A DNA stretch of 64,000 nt from Cyanophora paradoxa CCMP329. Taxonomy: Eukaryota; Plantae; Glaucophyta. Position 1 is the stretch's first letter. Every line of letters begins with the position of its first letter. Shown piece after piece: positions 45,401 through 59,000 of this stretch. Made by a program: the position numbers and the translations under genes. A model generated the notes under the pieces. That model was not told the origin of the DNA and did not search any database. It was given only the letters and a program-made list of their open reading frames with translations. Location of the stretch: the NCBI GenBank assembly GCA_004431415.1, contig QPMI01000003.1, forward strand, positions 62,001 through 126,000, read 5' to 3'.

Positions 45401-48400
45401 ATCTTCCCCATCAAGCTCTACGTGACGCGGATGGACGTCGGCAGCCAGGTGACCTTCGTGGGGGCCATCACGCCGCTGGAGGCGGACGAGGGCCTCATGC
45501 TCGTGACCGCCTCGGGGCGCGTCACGGGGTGCAACAAGGAGGCGGCGGCGATGTTCGAGATGCCGTGCGACGAGCTGGCGCAGCGGGACGTCAAGGAGCT
45601 CGTCTCGGCCCGCTTCTGGCACCTCTTCGACGTCGAGGCGCACCGCGTCGCCGCCGCCCAGAAGCGCTGGGGCGCCACGACGGCCGCCCCCAGCGCCGCC
45701 CCCACCGGCCGCCCCGCGAGCTTCAGCGCAGGCGGCATCGGGGGCGGGGGCGGCGGGCCGGGCCAGCACGCGGTGGCGGACGGGACGCCGCAGGAGATCC
45801 AGGGGCAGGCCAAGGACGGCTCCTCCTTCCCCCTCTCCGTCACCATGTCCCGCATGTTCGACGGCGAGAAGACCCTCATGGTCGTCGACGTCAAGCGTCC
45901 GCCCGCCCCCCCGCCGCCGCCTCGCCCTGCTCTCCGCCCGCTGGCCGCCTCTGAGGGGCGCGGGCGGCGCGGCGGCAGAGGTGGAGGACAGCGGGGCGCT
46001 CATCTCCATCGACTCGCGCGGCGTCATCAAGTCCTGCAACAAGCACGGTGCGCGCATCCCCGCGCGGGCGCCGCCCCCGCGCCCCTCGCCACCCCGCCCC
46101 CTCGCCGACCGTGCGCGCGCGCGCAGCCTGCGTGATGTTCGGCTACTCGCCCAGCGAGCTCGTCAACCAGCGCATCGAGGCGCGCCTCGCCGCCCGGCTC
46201 GCCCCCTCGCGCTCCCGGCGTCCCCTTCCTCCTGACCCGCCCGCCCGCCCGCCCGTGCGCCGCACCGCAGATGCTCATGCCAGCGCCCTACTCGCAGTAC
46301 CACAAGGGTCCGCCCCGAGACCCGCGCCGCTTCGTCCGCGCTCTCCGCTGACGGGCGGCGCGCCTCGGCAGACTACCTGGAGCGCTACCTCCGCACGCGG
46401 TGCCGCGCGCTCGCGCCCCGGCGCCCCGGAGGGGGGCGCCCCGCCTGACGCGAGCACGCGGGGGCGGGGCAGGGAGCCGCACGTGATCGGGAGCAAGCGG
46501 CGGGTGGACGGGAAGCACAAGTCGGGGTCGACGTTCGGACTGGTGCTGGACATCAGCGAGGTGCACATCCAGACGCCGGCGGGGCTCTACGAGTCCATGT
46601 TCGTCGGCCGCCTCGAGAAGGTCTCCGAGGAGGAGGGCGGCGACGGTGCGCGGGCCCCTCGCCTCGCGCTCGCGCTCGGCGGCGCCTTCGCCTTCGCCCG
46701 CGGGCTGACGCGGGCGGCGGGGGGCGCAGGGGTGATCACGATCAACCAGACGGGCCAGATCCAGAACTGCAACGCCGTCTGCAGCTCCATCTTCGGCTAC
46801 CGCACCTCCGAGATGGTCGGCCGCAACGGTCCGTCCCTGCCCCCGCCCCGCCCCCGCCCCGCCCGGCGCCGTCGCGGCCGACGCGGCCGCTGCGCAGTGC
46901 GCATGCTCATGCCGAGCCACTTTGCGATGCACCACGACGAGTACCTCCGGCGCTACATGGAGACCAACCAGGCGAGGCCGCTCGCCCTCTGCGGCGGATT
47001 GGGCGCGAGGGGGCCGTTTGGCCTGACTCGGGGGGCAGGCGCGGGTGATCGGGACGGGGGGGAGGGCGCTGGAGGGCCTGCACCGGGACGGCTCGGTCTT
47101 CCCCATCCAGCTCGAGGTCGTCCGCGACGACACCCTCAAGGGCCAGGTCCGCCCCGGGGCGGGCGGGCGCGCCGGGGGCCGCGCCGCCGCGCCCCTCACC
47201 GCCGCCGGCCCCCGCCGGCCGGCCCGCCGCGCAGGGCGTGGTGCTCTTCACGGGACGATCACGACGCTGAACGACATCGACGGCATCATCACCATCACCA
47301 AGGCGCGTCGGCCGCGCCGGGGGCGCAGGCGGGCGGCGGGGCGCGGCTGACGCGGCGCGGCGCCGCCTCGCACGCAGGTCGGCCAGATCACGTCGTGCAA
47401 CCGGCACATGTGCAAGCTCTTCGGGTACGGCGCCCCCGAGGAGCTCATCGGGCGGTGCGCCGGCCCTCCGCGCGCGGCTCGCGCAAGCGAGAGCCGACCC
47501 CGCGGGCCCCGCAGAAACGTGAAGAAGATCATGCCCGACCGCTACGCCGGTGCCGCCCCCGGGCCCCCCTCCCACTCCCGAATCGCGCGCTGACGGCGGC
47601 GGGCGGGGCGGCAGACAACCACGACCAGTACCTGCGGAACTACTTGGAGACCGGGGTGGCGAAGGTGATCGGGCAGAAGCGGGAGCTCGTCGGGCTCCAC
47701 TCGGACGGGAGCGAGTTCCAGCTCACCCTCGAGGTCTCGGAGACCAAGGTCAACGGGGAGCCGATCTTCACGGCGCGCATCCTCCGCGTGGCCGAGGACG
47801 GCGCCTCGCAGCGCTCGAAGCTCTCCGCCGCCGCCGCCGCCGTCGTCGCCGCCAACAAGATTGCCTCGGGGGACCTCGCCGCGCACGGCGCGGGGCCGCG
47901 GCGCCTCTCCGTCGGGCCCCCCACCGACCGGAGCGGGGCGAGCGGGGCGAGCTCGTCGCGGCGGCGCTCGCTGGACCCCTTCAACCTCGACGCCCCGCAG
48001 CTCTCCGCCCGCAGCGCCTCCTCGGGGGGCTCCTCGGCGCGCCACCCCGCCCACGGGCACCCGCCCAAGACGCACCGGCCCGCCAAGAAGGGCCCGGCGC
48101 CGCCCCCGATCGAGGCGCCGCCCGTGCGGGCGCTGCCGGGCCTCCTGACGGAGCGGGCCGAGGGGAGCGACGGGGAGACGCACGAGGCGGACCAGCGCTC
48201 CCACGCCGACGACGCCATGTCCCAGGTCCGATCGAGCCCCGGGCCCCGGGGGGGCCGGCGCGTCCCTCTCTCACCCGGCGCCGCGCAGTCGCAGACGTCG
48301 AGCGCGGGGACGCGGAAGCGGCGGAGGCGGAAGAAGATCCTGCTGCTGAACAGCGCGCAGAACCGCAAGTCGGGGGTGGACCGCCTCTGGTACAACATCC

Positions 48401-51400
48401 TCTGGAGCACCCTCGTCCTCTCTGCCCTCGTCCTCGGCGCCTTCATCGCCGTCGAGCAGATCATCCGCGCCTACCAGGGCCAGATCCGCTCCATCTCCGC
48501 CTCGGGCGAGCGCGCCCTCGGCACCCAGCTCATCGCCCGCGAGGCCCGCGGCGTGCAGCTCGCCGCCGCCGCGCTCCTCGCGCGCCCCGCCGAGGCGGCC
48601 AACGCGACGCTCGCGGCGGCGGCGGGCGGCTGCGGTGGCGGCGGCGCGGACGCTGGAGCTGCACCGGGCGCTCTCGCTGGGGGCGGACGGCTTCGAGGCG
48701 CCCTCGTCGGCGGCGCTGCGGTCGCTGATGGAGGAGCCGGTGCTGAACGCGACGCTCTTCGAGAACACGTCGCCGCCCCGCGCGCTGGCGTACGCCTCCA
48801 ACTTCTTCGACCTCGCCGTCAAGTACGTCCAGCACGCCCAGCTCGTCGCCACCGCCGCCGACGTCCGCCCCCGGCCCCGCCCCCGCCCCGCCCCGCCCCG
48901 CCCCGCCCCCGCCCCCGCTCGCTCCTCTTTCTCTGAGCCGCTCCCCGGGCAGCACGTGACGGCGGCGACGCGGGGCGCGACGACGCGCGTGGACGCGAAC
49001 GGGACGGTGGTGGAGGTGGCGGCGTCGGTGGCGGCGGCGGCGGCGAGCGGGTCGCGGGCGCCGGACGCGGCGGCGTGCCTGCGGGAGCCGGCGACCTGCG
49101 CCTCCTTCCAGTTCGTCCTCCGCAACGCCCTCGGCGCCGCCCTCGAGGGCGCCATGCGCGCCACGCACCTCTACTCCGAGCAGGCGCCCCCGCCCCGCCC
49201 CCGCCCCCGCCCTCCCGGCCCCTCCTCACGCGCGCGCGCGACGCCGCAGGTGCTGAGCAGCAGCCGCACGATCGCGCTGGTGTACATCGTCACGCTCTGC
49301 ATCTCCCTCGGCGTGATGGCCTTCCTCGCCTACATGGTCCGCCCCGCCCGCCCGCCCGCCCGCCCGCCGCCCTGGGACACCTGGAGACGCCTCGGGGCCA
49401 GGTCTTCGGGCCGACCTTCCGGCGGGTGCGGGAGGAGCGGGACACCATCATGGCCCTCTTCCTGGTCAGAGCGGGCCGCCCCGGGGCCGGGCCGGGCGGG
49501 GCGGCGGCGGCCTGGCTGACGGGCCCCGGCGGGGCGGGCGCGCGCAGCACATCCCCAAGGCGACGGTGAAGATCATGGCGCGGCGCAAGATCGCCATCAA
49601 GATTGACTCGGAGGAGGAGGACACGGAGGACGAGGAGGCCCGTCCCCCGCCCCCCGCCCCGCCCACGCCACCTCCAGCGACGCCCGGCTGACGATCTCGC
49701 GGCGGCGGCGGGGGCGCAGGCGGAGGACGAGCGGGAGGCGGAGCGGGAGAAGGAGCACAAGGCCCTCAAGGAGGCCGCCAAGGACGCCAAGGACAAGGAC
49801 AAGGACGCCAAGGAGGGGCCCAGTGCGCCGCCCCTCTCCCCCGCTCCCTCGCACGCGTGCCTCGGACGCTCCGCCTCCTCTGCCTCTTACGACGTCCTGC
49901 GCCCTCGCGCGCCGCGGCAGGCCGGCGCGTGAGCTTCATCGGGGGCAAGCAGACGGCGGAGGGCGGGGAGAAGGCGGGCGGGGCGGGGCGGCCGCGGCCG
50001 TCGCAGGAGGAGCCGCGTAACGCGACGGCGCTGGAGGCGGCGCGCATCGCCGCCCTCGCCACCATGCCCTGGTGGAAGGTGCCCGCCCCCGCCGCCCCGC
50101 AAGACGGGGGGGGCCCCTGCCCCGCCCCTGCCCCTGCCCCGCCCCTGCGGCGGCCGACGGGCCCCGGGGCGCAGCGCGCGGTGATGTTCCTGCGGCACGG
50201 GCGGCGCGTCGTCCCCTCCGACGCCGTCGGCGCCCGCGTGCGCCCCGCCGGCCCCTCACGCCCCCCGCGCCCCTGGCCGCTCTGAGCGGGGCTGGGGGGT
50301 CGGGGGCAGCGGGAGAACCGGACGTCGCGGCGCATCTTCCGCATCCTCGCCCTCCAGTACCTCGCCGCCCTCCTCCTCATCGCGTCCGCCCCCGCCCCCG
50401 CCCCTCCGGCCCCTCCCCTCCTGCGCCTCACGCCTCGTCCTCGCGGGCAGGGCCTTCTTCGTGGTCATCTTCGTAGTGGGCATGCAGATCGTCTCCAACT
50501 TCGACGTGCGGCCCCCGCCCCCGCCCCCCGCCCCCCGGCCCCCGCCCCGGGCGAGCCGCGGGGCGGGGGCGGCAGGTGCACACGCACGAGATCGAGCACA
50601 CGGCGGAGCGGCTGACGCACGCCGCCGAGCTCGTCCACGTCGCCCGCGAGGTCCCCACCGCCCCGCCCCGCCCCGCCCCGCTCTGCTTCGCCTCCCGGCC
50701 CCCGCTGAGCGCCGGCGGGGCAGCTGACGCTGGACGCGGTGGAGAACCCGTCGCCGGGGATGAGCACGGCGCAGCTGCGGGAGCGCCTGGCGCGCGTCGT
50801 GGAGCAGCTGCGGGACGCCCACTGGGAGCTCATGGCCCCGCACGCCCGCGGCTGGCGCTACCCCGACGTCCAGGTCCGCAGCCGCCGCCCCGCCCCGCCC
50901 CGCCCCGCCGCGCCTCGGCTGACGGCGGGGGCGCGGGGGGCGGCAGGCGCTCTCGTTCCTGGAGACGTGCCTGCGGGACGAGCCGGCGGCCTGCCTGGGG
51001 CCCGACGCCGTCTACCACTCCCCCGTCTCCCACGGCCTCGACGCCCTCGTCGGTCAGACGAGCCCCCTGCGCCCAGCTCCCTCTTCGCCTCGGGCTCCGC
51101 TGAGGGGCGGGGCGGGGCCGGGGGCAGTGTACGCGCTGGACCAGGCGGAGCTCCTCCTCGCGGACGCCGACGCCAACGCCCCCGGGGGCGGGGCCCCCGG
51201 CGCCGGCTCCGACCCCCGCACCGCCTCCCGCCCGGCCGACCTCTCCGCCAACGCGCGGTTCCGGTTCCTGTGGGAGGTGGGGCGGGCGGAGCTGCAGGAG
51301 ACGAACCTGCGGGCGCTGCGGCTCTACCAGAAGCTCTCCGAGGACTACGTCCTGCTCGTTCCCCCCGTCCACGGCGGCCTCATGGCCGCCACCCTCGCCG

Positions 51401-51754
51401 TGCGCCCCACCCCCGCCCCGCCCCGAGCCCCCTCCCGCCTCAGCCCTCGCTGACCTGCTCGAGCAGGTCCTCATCATTCTGTTCTTCCTCTTGTTCCGGC
51501 CGATGGTGACGCGCCTTCGCGACGAGAGTGCGCCCCCTCGCTTGCCGCGCGCGTGCGCCCCGCCCCCGCGCTGACGCGCGACCGCTCGCCGGCAGCGCGC
51601 CGCACGCGCCGCATGCTCCTCATGATCCCCGAGGGTGCGCCCCGCCCGGCGTCTGTACCCCCCGCGAGCTGATCCCTCCCCCCCCCCCCCCCCCGCAGAG
51701 GTCGCGGACCACGTGGACGCGATCCGCGACTACCTGGAGAAGAGCGGGGGGTAG
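42471..51754 (+). CDS. Tmc (tiny macrocysts B/C)/FXL-type polytopic membrane protein: N-terminal TM bundle, TPR-like region, five PAS domains, C-terminal TM modules
   Basis: EAIFSVLFVM, FPYIWPIKMLK, LDCDY...CWGMP, HVEIAARF, VYQQGLKLYPKS, MDLVSYVEFQK, YTALLQKYPRSIRILRSFGAF...NDP; PAS repeats (IITSVN...LWGY...ELVG...LMP...H..Y...Y..TG...G.HK.G..FP); terminal RTRRMLLMIPE. Start may be 42471 or 42540. Confidence 0.88.
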
Positions 51755-53032
51755 GCCTAGGGGCCGCGCCGCGCCGCGGAGCGCCCAGTCGTTATTTTAG
51801 GCAGGAACGACTCGCCGCGTCAGCGAGTCGGTTATTTCGTGTGAGATTGCGTTCGTAGTGGGGGGGTAGCTTATTTTCTCGGGTAGCCGACGCGCGCCGC
51901 TCCTCACCATTCAGAGCAAAGCCCGCGTGCTCGGCGCAGTACAGGTCATGGCACAATCAATGATCCTTTCTGCATTAACATACTGGTGTATATAGGGTCC
52001 GAGCGGCCCAGAGCATAATTCTATTTGCTCTCCTTGTCCATGATGTCTTTGTTTATAGTAGGATTTTCGTCCTTTGATTATTTCGTCAACGCAACAAGTG
52101 TACTGAGAAGAAAGACGGTAGCCCGAGGCCTGACAACATAAGCTTAAGTAATCGCAAGTTTTAGCCTGGCACTGCTGGCAGCCTAGCAGGGCCAGCTAGC
52201 CTGAGCTAGGCAGGCTCGGCCGTGAATTCGAATTAGCTAGCTGTACGTACAGAGAGAAAGTAGATATTGACATGTACATGAGGTCGAAATTGTAGGATAT
52301 CGATCGCGATTAATGTTGTGTGCGGTGCTATCGAATATCACTGAGTCAATGCGGGATACTAGTCTCTAGAAGATCTAGGCACGGTGGCCGGTAATTCACC
52401 AAAAAAAGTTTAATTCCTGAATTTCAAAGTACCGATGAGGCTCTTTACGTTGCTGGTTTGAAAAAAATCGCACGCGGTAGGTACCGAGCACGAGCTAAAG
52501 CCTCTAATACCCAGCTCTGATAAAAAAACGATATCTTGATACCGCCGGAATCCGCGGATCCGCGCGCTGCGCTGCCTGCAGCTGCGCATGACTCGCGGCA
52601 TGACTCAGTGAGCGTGCCGGCCGGGCCCGGCCCACTGCCGGGCCACTGCCGCCGGGCCGGCGCGGGCGCCACGCGTACCGTAGTACGGGCGTACGCGTAC
52701 GTCGGCTTGTCATGTAAACGTACCCTTGCAGCCTTGCTGGCTTGCATTGCAGAAGCTTGAGCAGATCTAGATCTAGAGGGGCGCTGGGCCGATCCGGCCT
52801 CGAGCTTCTCGGACGTCAGCGCTAGCGTGGGCGCTGGCGAACTTCAGCTTCGATTCGGAAGCGCTCAGCGGCTAGCGGCTATATCATAGTATAGCTAGCG
52901 CCGGCGATAGCTATAGAGATGCGCGTGCACGTGCATCGATGTCGCCCGAAGAGTTGCGCTGCAGCTGCGGCTACGTATACGCGGCAGCGCTCTCATCATC
53001 GACATCATCGAGCGTACGGCTTGCATGCGTAC

Positions 53033-56000
53033 ATGAACGTTAACTCAGCCGCGGTAGTGGTGCAGTTTTGCGTGGTCTTGGCTATCACCGCATGCGTTAA
53101 CGTTGGAGCGAGCGGCGCCGGCTCCAGCTTCCGCGGTACCGGTACCAGTTCCAGCAGCGCTAGCACAACGGAGCATTCGAAGTTCAATGCCCGACCCAGC
53201 GCGGCGCACAACTTCGGCAAAGGGGAAAACGTCCCAGGATGGGACGCCCACCGTTGGAAGGACGAGCGAGGGCGATTCAACTACAGGCACGAGGAGATTC
53301 GCGAGCGCAACGGGAAGAAAAGGTGCGCTGATCGTAATCTATAACATACGTGAGCGTATACGTAATTATAAGCTATAGGCCCAGCTCCATAGGTGCCGGT
53401 ACCGGTGCGCGCCCTTGGCCGCGGGCCAGGGTCCGCGATCGTATATACATCGATATATATATCGCCGGGTCGGACCTCGAGCTCTGCATGCGCAGCTGGA
53501 TCGATATCCATGGCCAGCTCCATGCATATGTCTGATATCTTTTGTATCATGATGAATCGATATCGTCTAAATCGAGCTCGGCGATAAATCCCTTAAGCTT
53601 GCGGTCGCTTGCAATGAATATTGCTGGTTGCGATTGATCATGATAGTGAAATTAAATCTGCATATGCATGCGCAGCGTTCATCTTCGGTACTCGGCTGTG
53701 CAGCACGCGCATGTGCGCGTGACCAATCTGGACGAGCACGCGCAAGTCGCCGCGCTGCACTGCGAACGGGCGCCCTGGTCGATCACAGTGGTCCTCTCCG
53801 GCGACGTCGACGCTCTCCCCCAGGGGGATCTAGGTCTAAAGGACGGCTTCTCGTCTGGAGACGTCGTCGTCGGCGGGCCGCACTGGGGCTGTCCCGCCCC
53901 GATACCTCTGGGGGACAAGAGCCCGGGAAAGCAGGTGGTCGGCGGACTTATGCTCCGCGTCGTGTCGGAAGCGCGCCGCCCGTGCCTCGTCTCTACGTTG
54001 GCAGGCGGCGAAATCCTCGGAACGTGCATCGAGCTCCAAACACAGCAGGCTAGCCTAACGGTGCGTATCTGTTTCCTCGACCTCTGTACATGTGCCTTCT
54101 CGCCGCGCGCGGTCACCGGTAACTTCTGATCATGATTTCGTCGACCGTATGTGTATCATTTTGCATGATAGGATGTGTTCAGTAAGTGTTTTCTCTATTC
54201 TCGCAGTCATCAGCTCCAGATCTATATCTCATCCAATGGTGTGTTTGCGCTCACGTGCACGTTCGCACTTGGTCCTTCGCAGGCGACCTAGACCTATATT
54301 ACTACGACCAGTGCGCATGAAGAGTTTGATTTTCGCAACTCGTGAATCTTTCGGTCGTCTAATATCCCTCGCCGCGATCATCGTACAGCAACCCGACGAT
54401 TCAGCACGCGTGCGTAATTTGCTCCTGATCATTGGGGTCTCCGGATCCCTTCATCAAAATAATTTAAATTATTTTTAATACCACCTCCGTGTAAACTGGT
54501 GAAATGTTGTGCTCATCCATGGTTTAAACAGGGTCCAAAATCACTAGTGTTTGTCTTGAGGGCCTAATAATCCGAAAATTTGCATGCGCAGTAAACACCG
54601 GCGCACGAGAAATCCGAGCTCTCGAAACAGCACCGAGAAGCTGAATGCCCTTCAAACTGTCGCCGACCGCCACCGTGCGCAATCGGAGGCGAGATGGGCC
54701 GCACGATCGCAGGCGCCAACTGCGAGTGCACTCGAGGAAGCGGAGAAAAGTTCACGAAGGGCACCGGCAACTGTCGCTCTCGGTACGTGCACGTATACTC
54801 GGCTGCTTCAGCGCCAATACTTCATGCTGTTTCTGTGCCACTTTTTACATTTTTCTCTAAATTCGACGGGTGCAGCTTTGCCAAGGCGATCCTTGTTATT
54901 TATTGACGACATCATAGATGCGGTGCGAGTTCTGGATCTGAACGTCAGAATGTTTCCTGTCGCGATGCGCTGAAATCTTGCGCGCACAGATTACAGCACC
55001 GTTTCGGGTTCTTGCAATCCCCGCATCGAACTTTCGATTTGCAGCCTCTAACCAGCGCATGCAGGCGCTCTCGGAAGCGGCTAAAGAAGCCATGAAGGCG
55101 GCAACAGACGCGGTGACGAGCGCGATCGTGCGCCCTCTGCGGCCGGGCGCTCGCCGCCTCAACGCCAGCCCCTCCTCACCTGCGTGTTGGTAGACCGCCG
55201 CGACGAACTTCGCGAGTGACGTGGTCAACGAAGTGGCCAATGTAGCCATCAACACCGTCTACACAGTATTCGGTGGAACGCAGGACGGGCTCCGGGCGCT
55301 GAATGAATTCACGGGTGAGTGCTAAACAGATCGAATTTTAAGCTCTAAACCTGTAAGCGAAAGAATCGCGCGCTTCCACGCGCACCCCGCTTGACCATGC
55401 GCTCACATGTACACGTGTGCAAGGCGGCAAACTCGACTTTATCGTGGAGCCAACTAATGCCGTGCTCGAGCTCGCTGAGACGGCGGCAGTGCAAGGGATC
55501 GAAGAGGTCCGAATTTATATTGAAGGCTTCCGGATCCTGATATAATAAATTCAATCACTAGTACTGTAAAATATGGAGATTGCGAGAAATGAGGCACGTG
55601 CACCGACTAACAGCGACATCGATGCACGACAGGGGCAGAGAAAGATGAACGACTTCATAAAAAGGGTCAATGAGATTGCGGCCCTCATTTCATGCCTGAC
55701 TGGAGAATGTACTGTACGCATGCGCCAGTGGCTCTAGGCTTTCCTCCGATAACTTCCTTTGATCATTTCCCGTTCAGCTTGCCGCCAGTGAACGCCTTGA
55801 AGCCAGGTACGCTGGCTTTGACATCTGCAGCTTCACATATATACACGCGAATACCTGAAGCCACTGTCCATGTCCCCAGTGGCTTTAACTACAATTTTGA
55901 CACAAAGCAGCAGGCCAAGCGGGTAATTATATAATTATGCATATCATGATTACGGACCTATCTTGCCCCAACACACTCATGATCACCTTATCGCAAACTA

Positions 56001-59000
56001 ACGTCGAGCTCGTTCCCACTCGAAAGATTCAGCCGTTTTCACTCCGTGCGACAGCTTCTTGATTTAAATGTAAAATATCGTATACGTATCCGAAGACTCA
56101 TGAATCGCTTCCGACTTGGCAGCCTACTTTTTGAAGGAGGCCACCAAGAAAGGCAGCGTGTCGTTCATCGTCAGTGCACATTTATAACTTGCTCGCGAAA
56201 TTCATTGTTCCTATTTATTTTGGGCATGAGCTAACTAAGTGTATCCCTCGATTCCGCCCAGGGACCCATTAACGTGCGAATCGACCCGAGAGAAATGTAA
56301 TTCTTGAATTTAGAGACGAACGTTTTCTGTTGTCGCACTCACACATATTCCTCCACCAGTTTTTTCTTCAAGGAGGTTGGTCGAACTTTGCATACACTCA
56401 AGATCTCTATTTGAAAATCCAAAAGTACGTAGTTGTAGCTGCTGATCACGCATTGCGCAGGTGGTGCTGGAGCTACAAATAAAGCTAAAGAACTTCTGGA
56501 TTCACCAATTTGACATCCGATGTCCGTGACCGGCTGCTCTAGTTTCCAATTCGTTACGCTGACCATTACTGGCTCCTGCGAATTGCTAGTAACGGCGGAA
56601 GTGGGGGCTAAAACGGATGTGACAATCGACATCGATGCACAAGTAGCCATCGAGGTCATGAAAGGCGAGCGTCTGTTTATCGGAAATTTTTAAATGCTGA
56701 TTCCAACGTAATCCAAGTGCAGACATTTACGAGAAAGTGTTCTCTCCGAAGGTTGTCCAAGCCGGGCCAGTTATTTTTACATTCGCCCCGGCGTTCACCG
56801 TGCGCCTGCGATCGCCGCTATGGCACATTATGTCGGAGCGAATGACTGAACAGGTCAAGGCGGGCGTGAGCGGAGAGCTCACAATTAAAACAAAGGTTAT
56901 CTCCATATGCTATATCGATACTCTTCACACCGCTTCTCGAGAAACCCTAGATCTGATTTCATTGACTCCCTTCGAAAACTTGCAATTGACCGCAGTTCGA
57001 CGCTCGAGTCGATATGTACCTTGGTAAATACGTGCACCGCGAAACTTTTATGCGCAGGACAGTTAATTACAACTGAACACGCGTGCGACAGGCATTGAGG
57101 CAGAGGGCAGATATGCCGGACGAGGGATAGAATTCAACGTAGGATGGTCCGCCCGTAAAGAAGATCTAGAGAACGCGCGTGCACGACACGCGTTCCTCGA
57201 CCGGACTGACACTTTTCATCCAGGAAAGACAGAAAAGAACCCCGCTTTGATGTGAGTTGAGTTGTACCACTTCGAATTCACACGTATACTATCAGCGTTT
57301 CTTCTTATTTTGTGATTTCAATTTAGGCCGAAGCTCCCGGTATTCCTGATTATATCAGTGCGTTGTAGGAAACTCTGCTATGCATATGTACATGTGCTAT
57401 TACGCATCTGATTGATCCGTCGCGAATCTTCTCCCCCGGCGGAGCAGGCCTCGCGGTCTACTTGCAAGTTGCTGGAGAGCTCTCCCTCTCGGTGGGAGCT
57501 TACGGAATACAATTCTTACTCGTAAGCGCCGCCCCTCTCAAACACATGCGCATGCGCATGCATTTTAAACTGGCCATGCACACCATTCTCATGTGCATGC
57601 GCACGCCGTCAGCTTGTGGGAGGTGTAACTGCGCGGCTCGGGTTCATTTGGGCGGTGAGCCTGAGATCTTTTCATTGTTCGAGAATGAGAGATCTAGACT
57701 CCGGCCGCGGGATCAAGCTTCATTGAGTGCCAATCACGACAATTAACTCAAACGCAGCCATTGGGCGAGGAATGCGGTATTGCGTCGTTCGAGTTCAACG
57801 GCGGCCTGATTCCTTTCATAAGCGGTTCGCAAACAAGCTGAAGCTCTCACATGCGCCATAACTCCTCTAATCTCGGATTACGCACTGGGACACAAACAGC
57901 GGATCTTGAGATCGACATTATTCTGAATAAAGTGGCCGGGAGGGAGCTACCGAAGGACTTCGATAAAACAGGTGGTGTGTACTTATTATTACACGTGGAC
58001 CTGCAATTGATTCTGTAAAACGAGCTAAAGAACGATCGAAAAGACTGACGACATGATTTTAACAGGATCACTCTTGAATCTGATCCACAAGGACTTCGAG
58101 ATCCCTGTGTGTAACATTTACTGCAGGCCTTCACATTCAGTCGCATCTCACCAGACGCTTCGCAACAGCCGCTCAACAGGATCGTGTTCTGGAGGTCGAA
58201 GTGCGGCAAGGAATGTGCGCATGCCATCACGCACGCGCGTATTTGCGGGCAATCATCCGTCCGCAACATGCAAGACGTTCTGCTGGTACTTCTAATCATG
58301 GGGACCTTCCGCCTCCGCAGATACTATCGTGGATGAAGCAAAGGATAAATTCAACGAAATCAGCAAGGCAGTGATGTCTACACAAGTATTTCAGGATGCG
58401 AAGTCTCGAGTTTCTGACGTGTTGTCGGATGCCCTCGGATCGTTCAAAGAGCTCTTCGGGCGCAATACGAAGGCTACGCCTACCCCTACGATCCGTCCAT
58501 CGCCCTCGTGCGATGCCCAACGCCTTATCCCAATCTGGCGAGCGTGTGCGATGTAGTCTGATGCCCGTGCATGCATATGTGTAGGCCCACACCCACGCCC
58601 TCGCCGACGCCTTCGTGCGCATGCGCATGCAGCCTTTTGCGATGACTACAGCCAAGATCCTTGCAATTGCTCCATCCAGCAGACCTGATCTTGCATTTGA
58701 TCCGCCGCAGGCCGACGCCGACCCGCGCGCCTACTTCCTCCTCTGCAGACCTCAGATTCGACATGGCCCTTGACATGCTTGGAAGGTGCCAAGACTTGAA
58801 GAACTTGCTGCGCAACCTGCAGACGAAGTTCTAGATTCTCCTTATTATAATTATAAGCTTCGTGACTTCCGATTGAACATGTTGCAGAACGCACGAGCGC
58901 GCCCGCGTCGGGTGGAACTATGACCGCGTCCTGATGACAAGGGTGCGTCCAGCAGCGAGGCGCATCTCGGCAATGCTTTGCAAACCTTAATCTTAATCGA

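Noticed and set aside
11949-48936. Very long Arg/Pro/Ala/Gly-rich ORFs in the track (e.g. 743, 995, 814, 937 and 962 aa)
   Set aside because: Stop codons are scarce at 75-80% GC. These ORFs run through introns or lie in shadow frames, and real motifs appear only in segments that switch frame at splice sites.
6974-51754. HDR, TSPO and heme-PAS genes as a tetrapyrrole/isoprenoid functional cluster
   Set aside because: They are interspersed with unrelated housekeeping genes over 45 kb, with no evidence of shared regulation.
51806-51910. Stem-loop (aacgactcgc...gcgagtcggtt) after the Tmc stop codon as a SECIS or ncRNA
   Set aside because: No SECIS AUGA/GA quartet, no in-frame UGA seen in the gene, and no recognisable RNA family motif.
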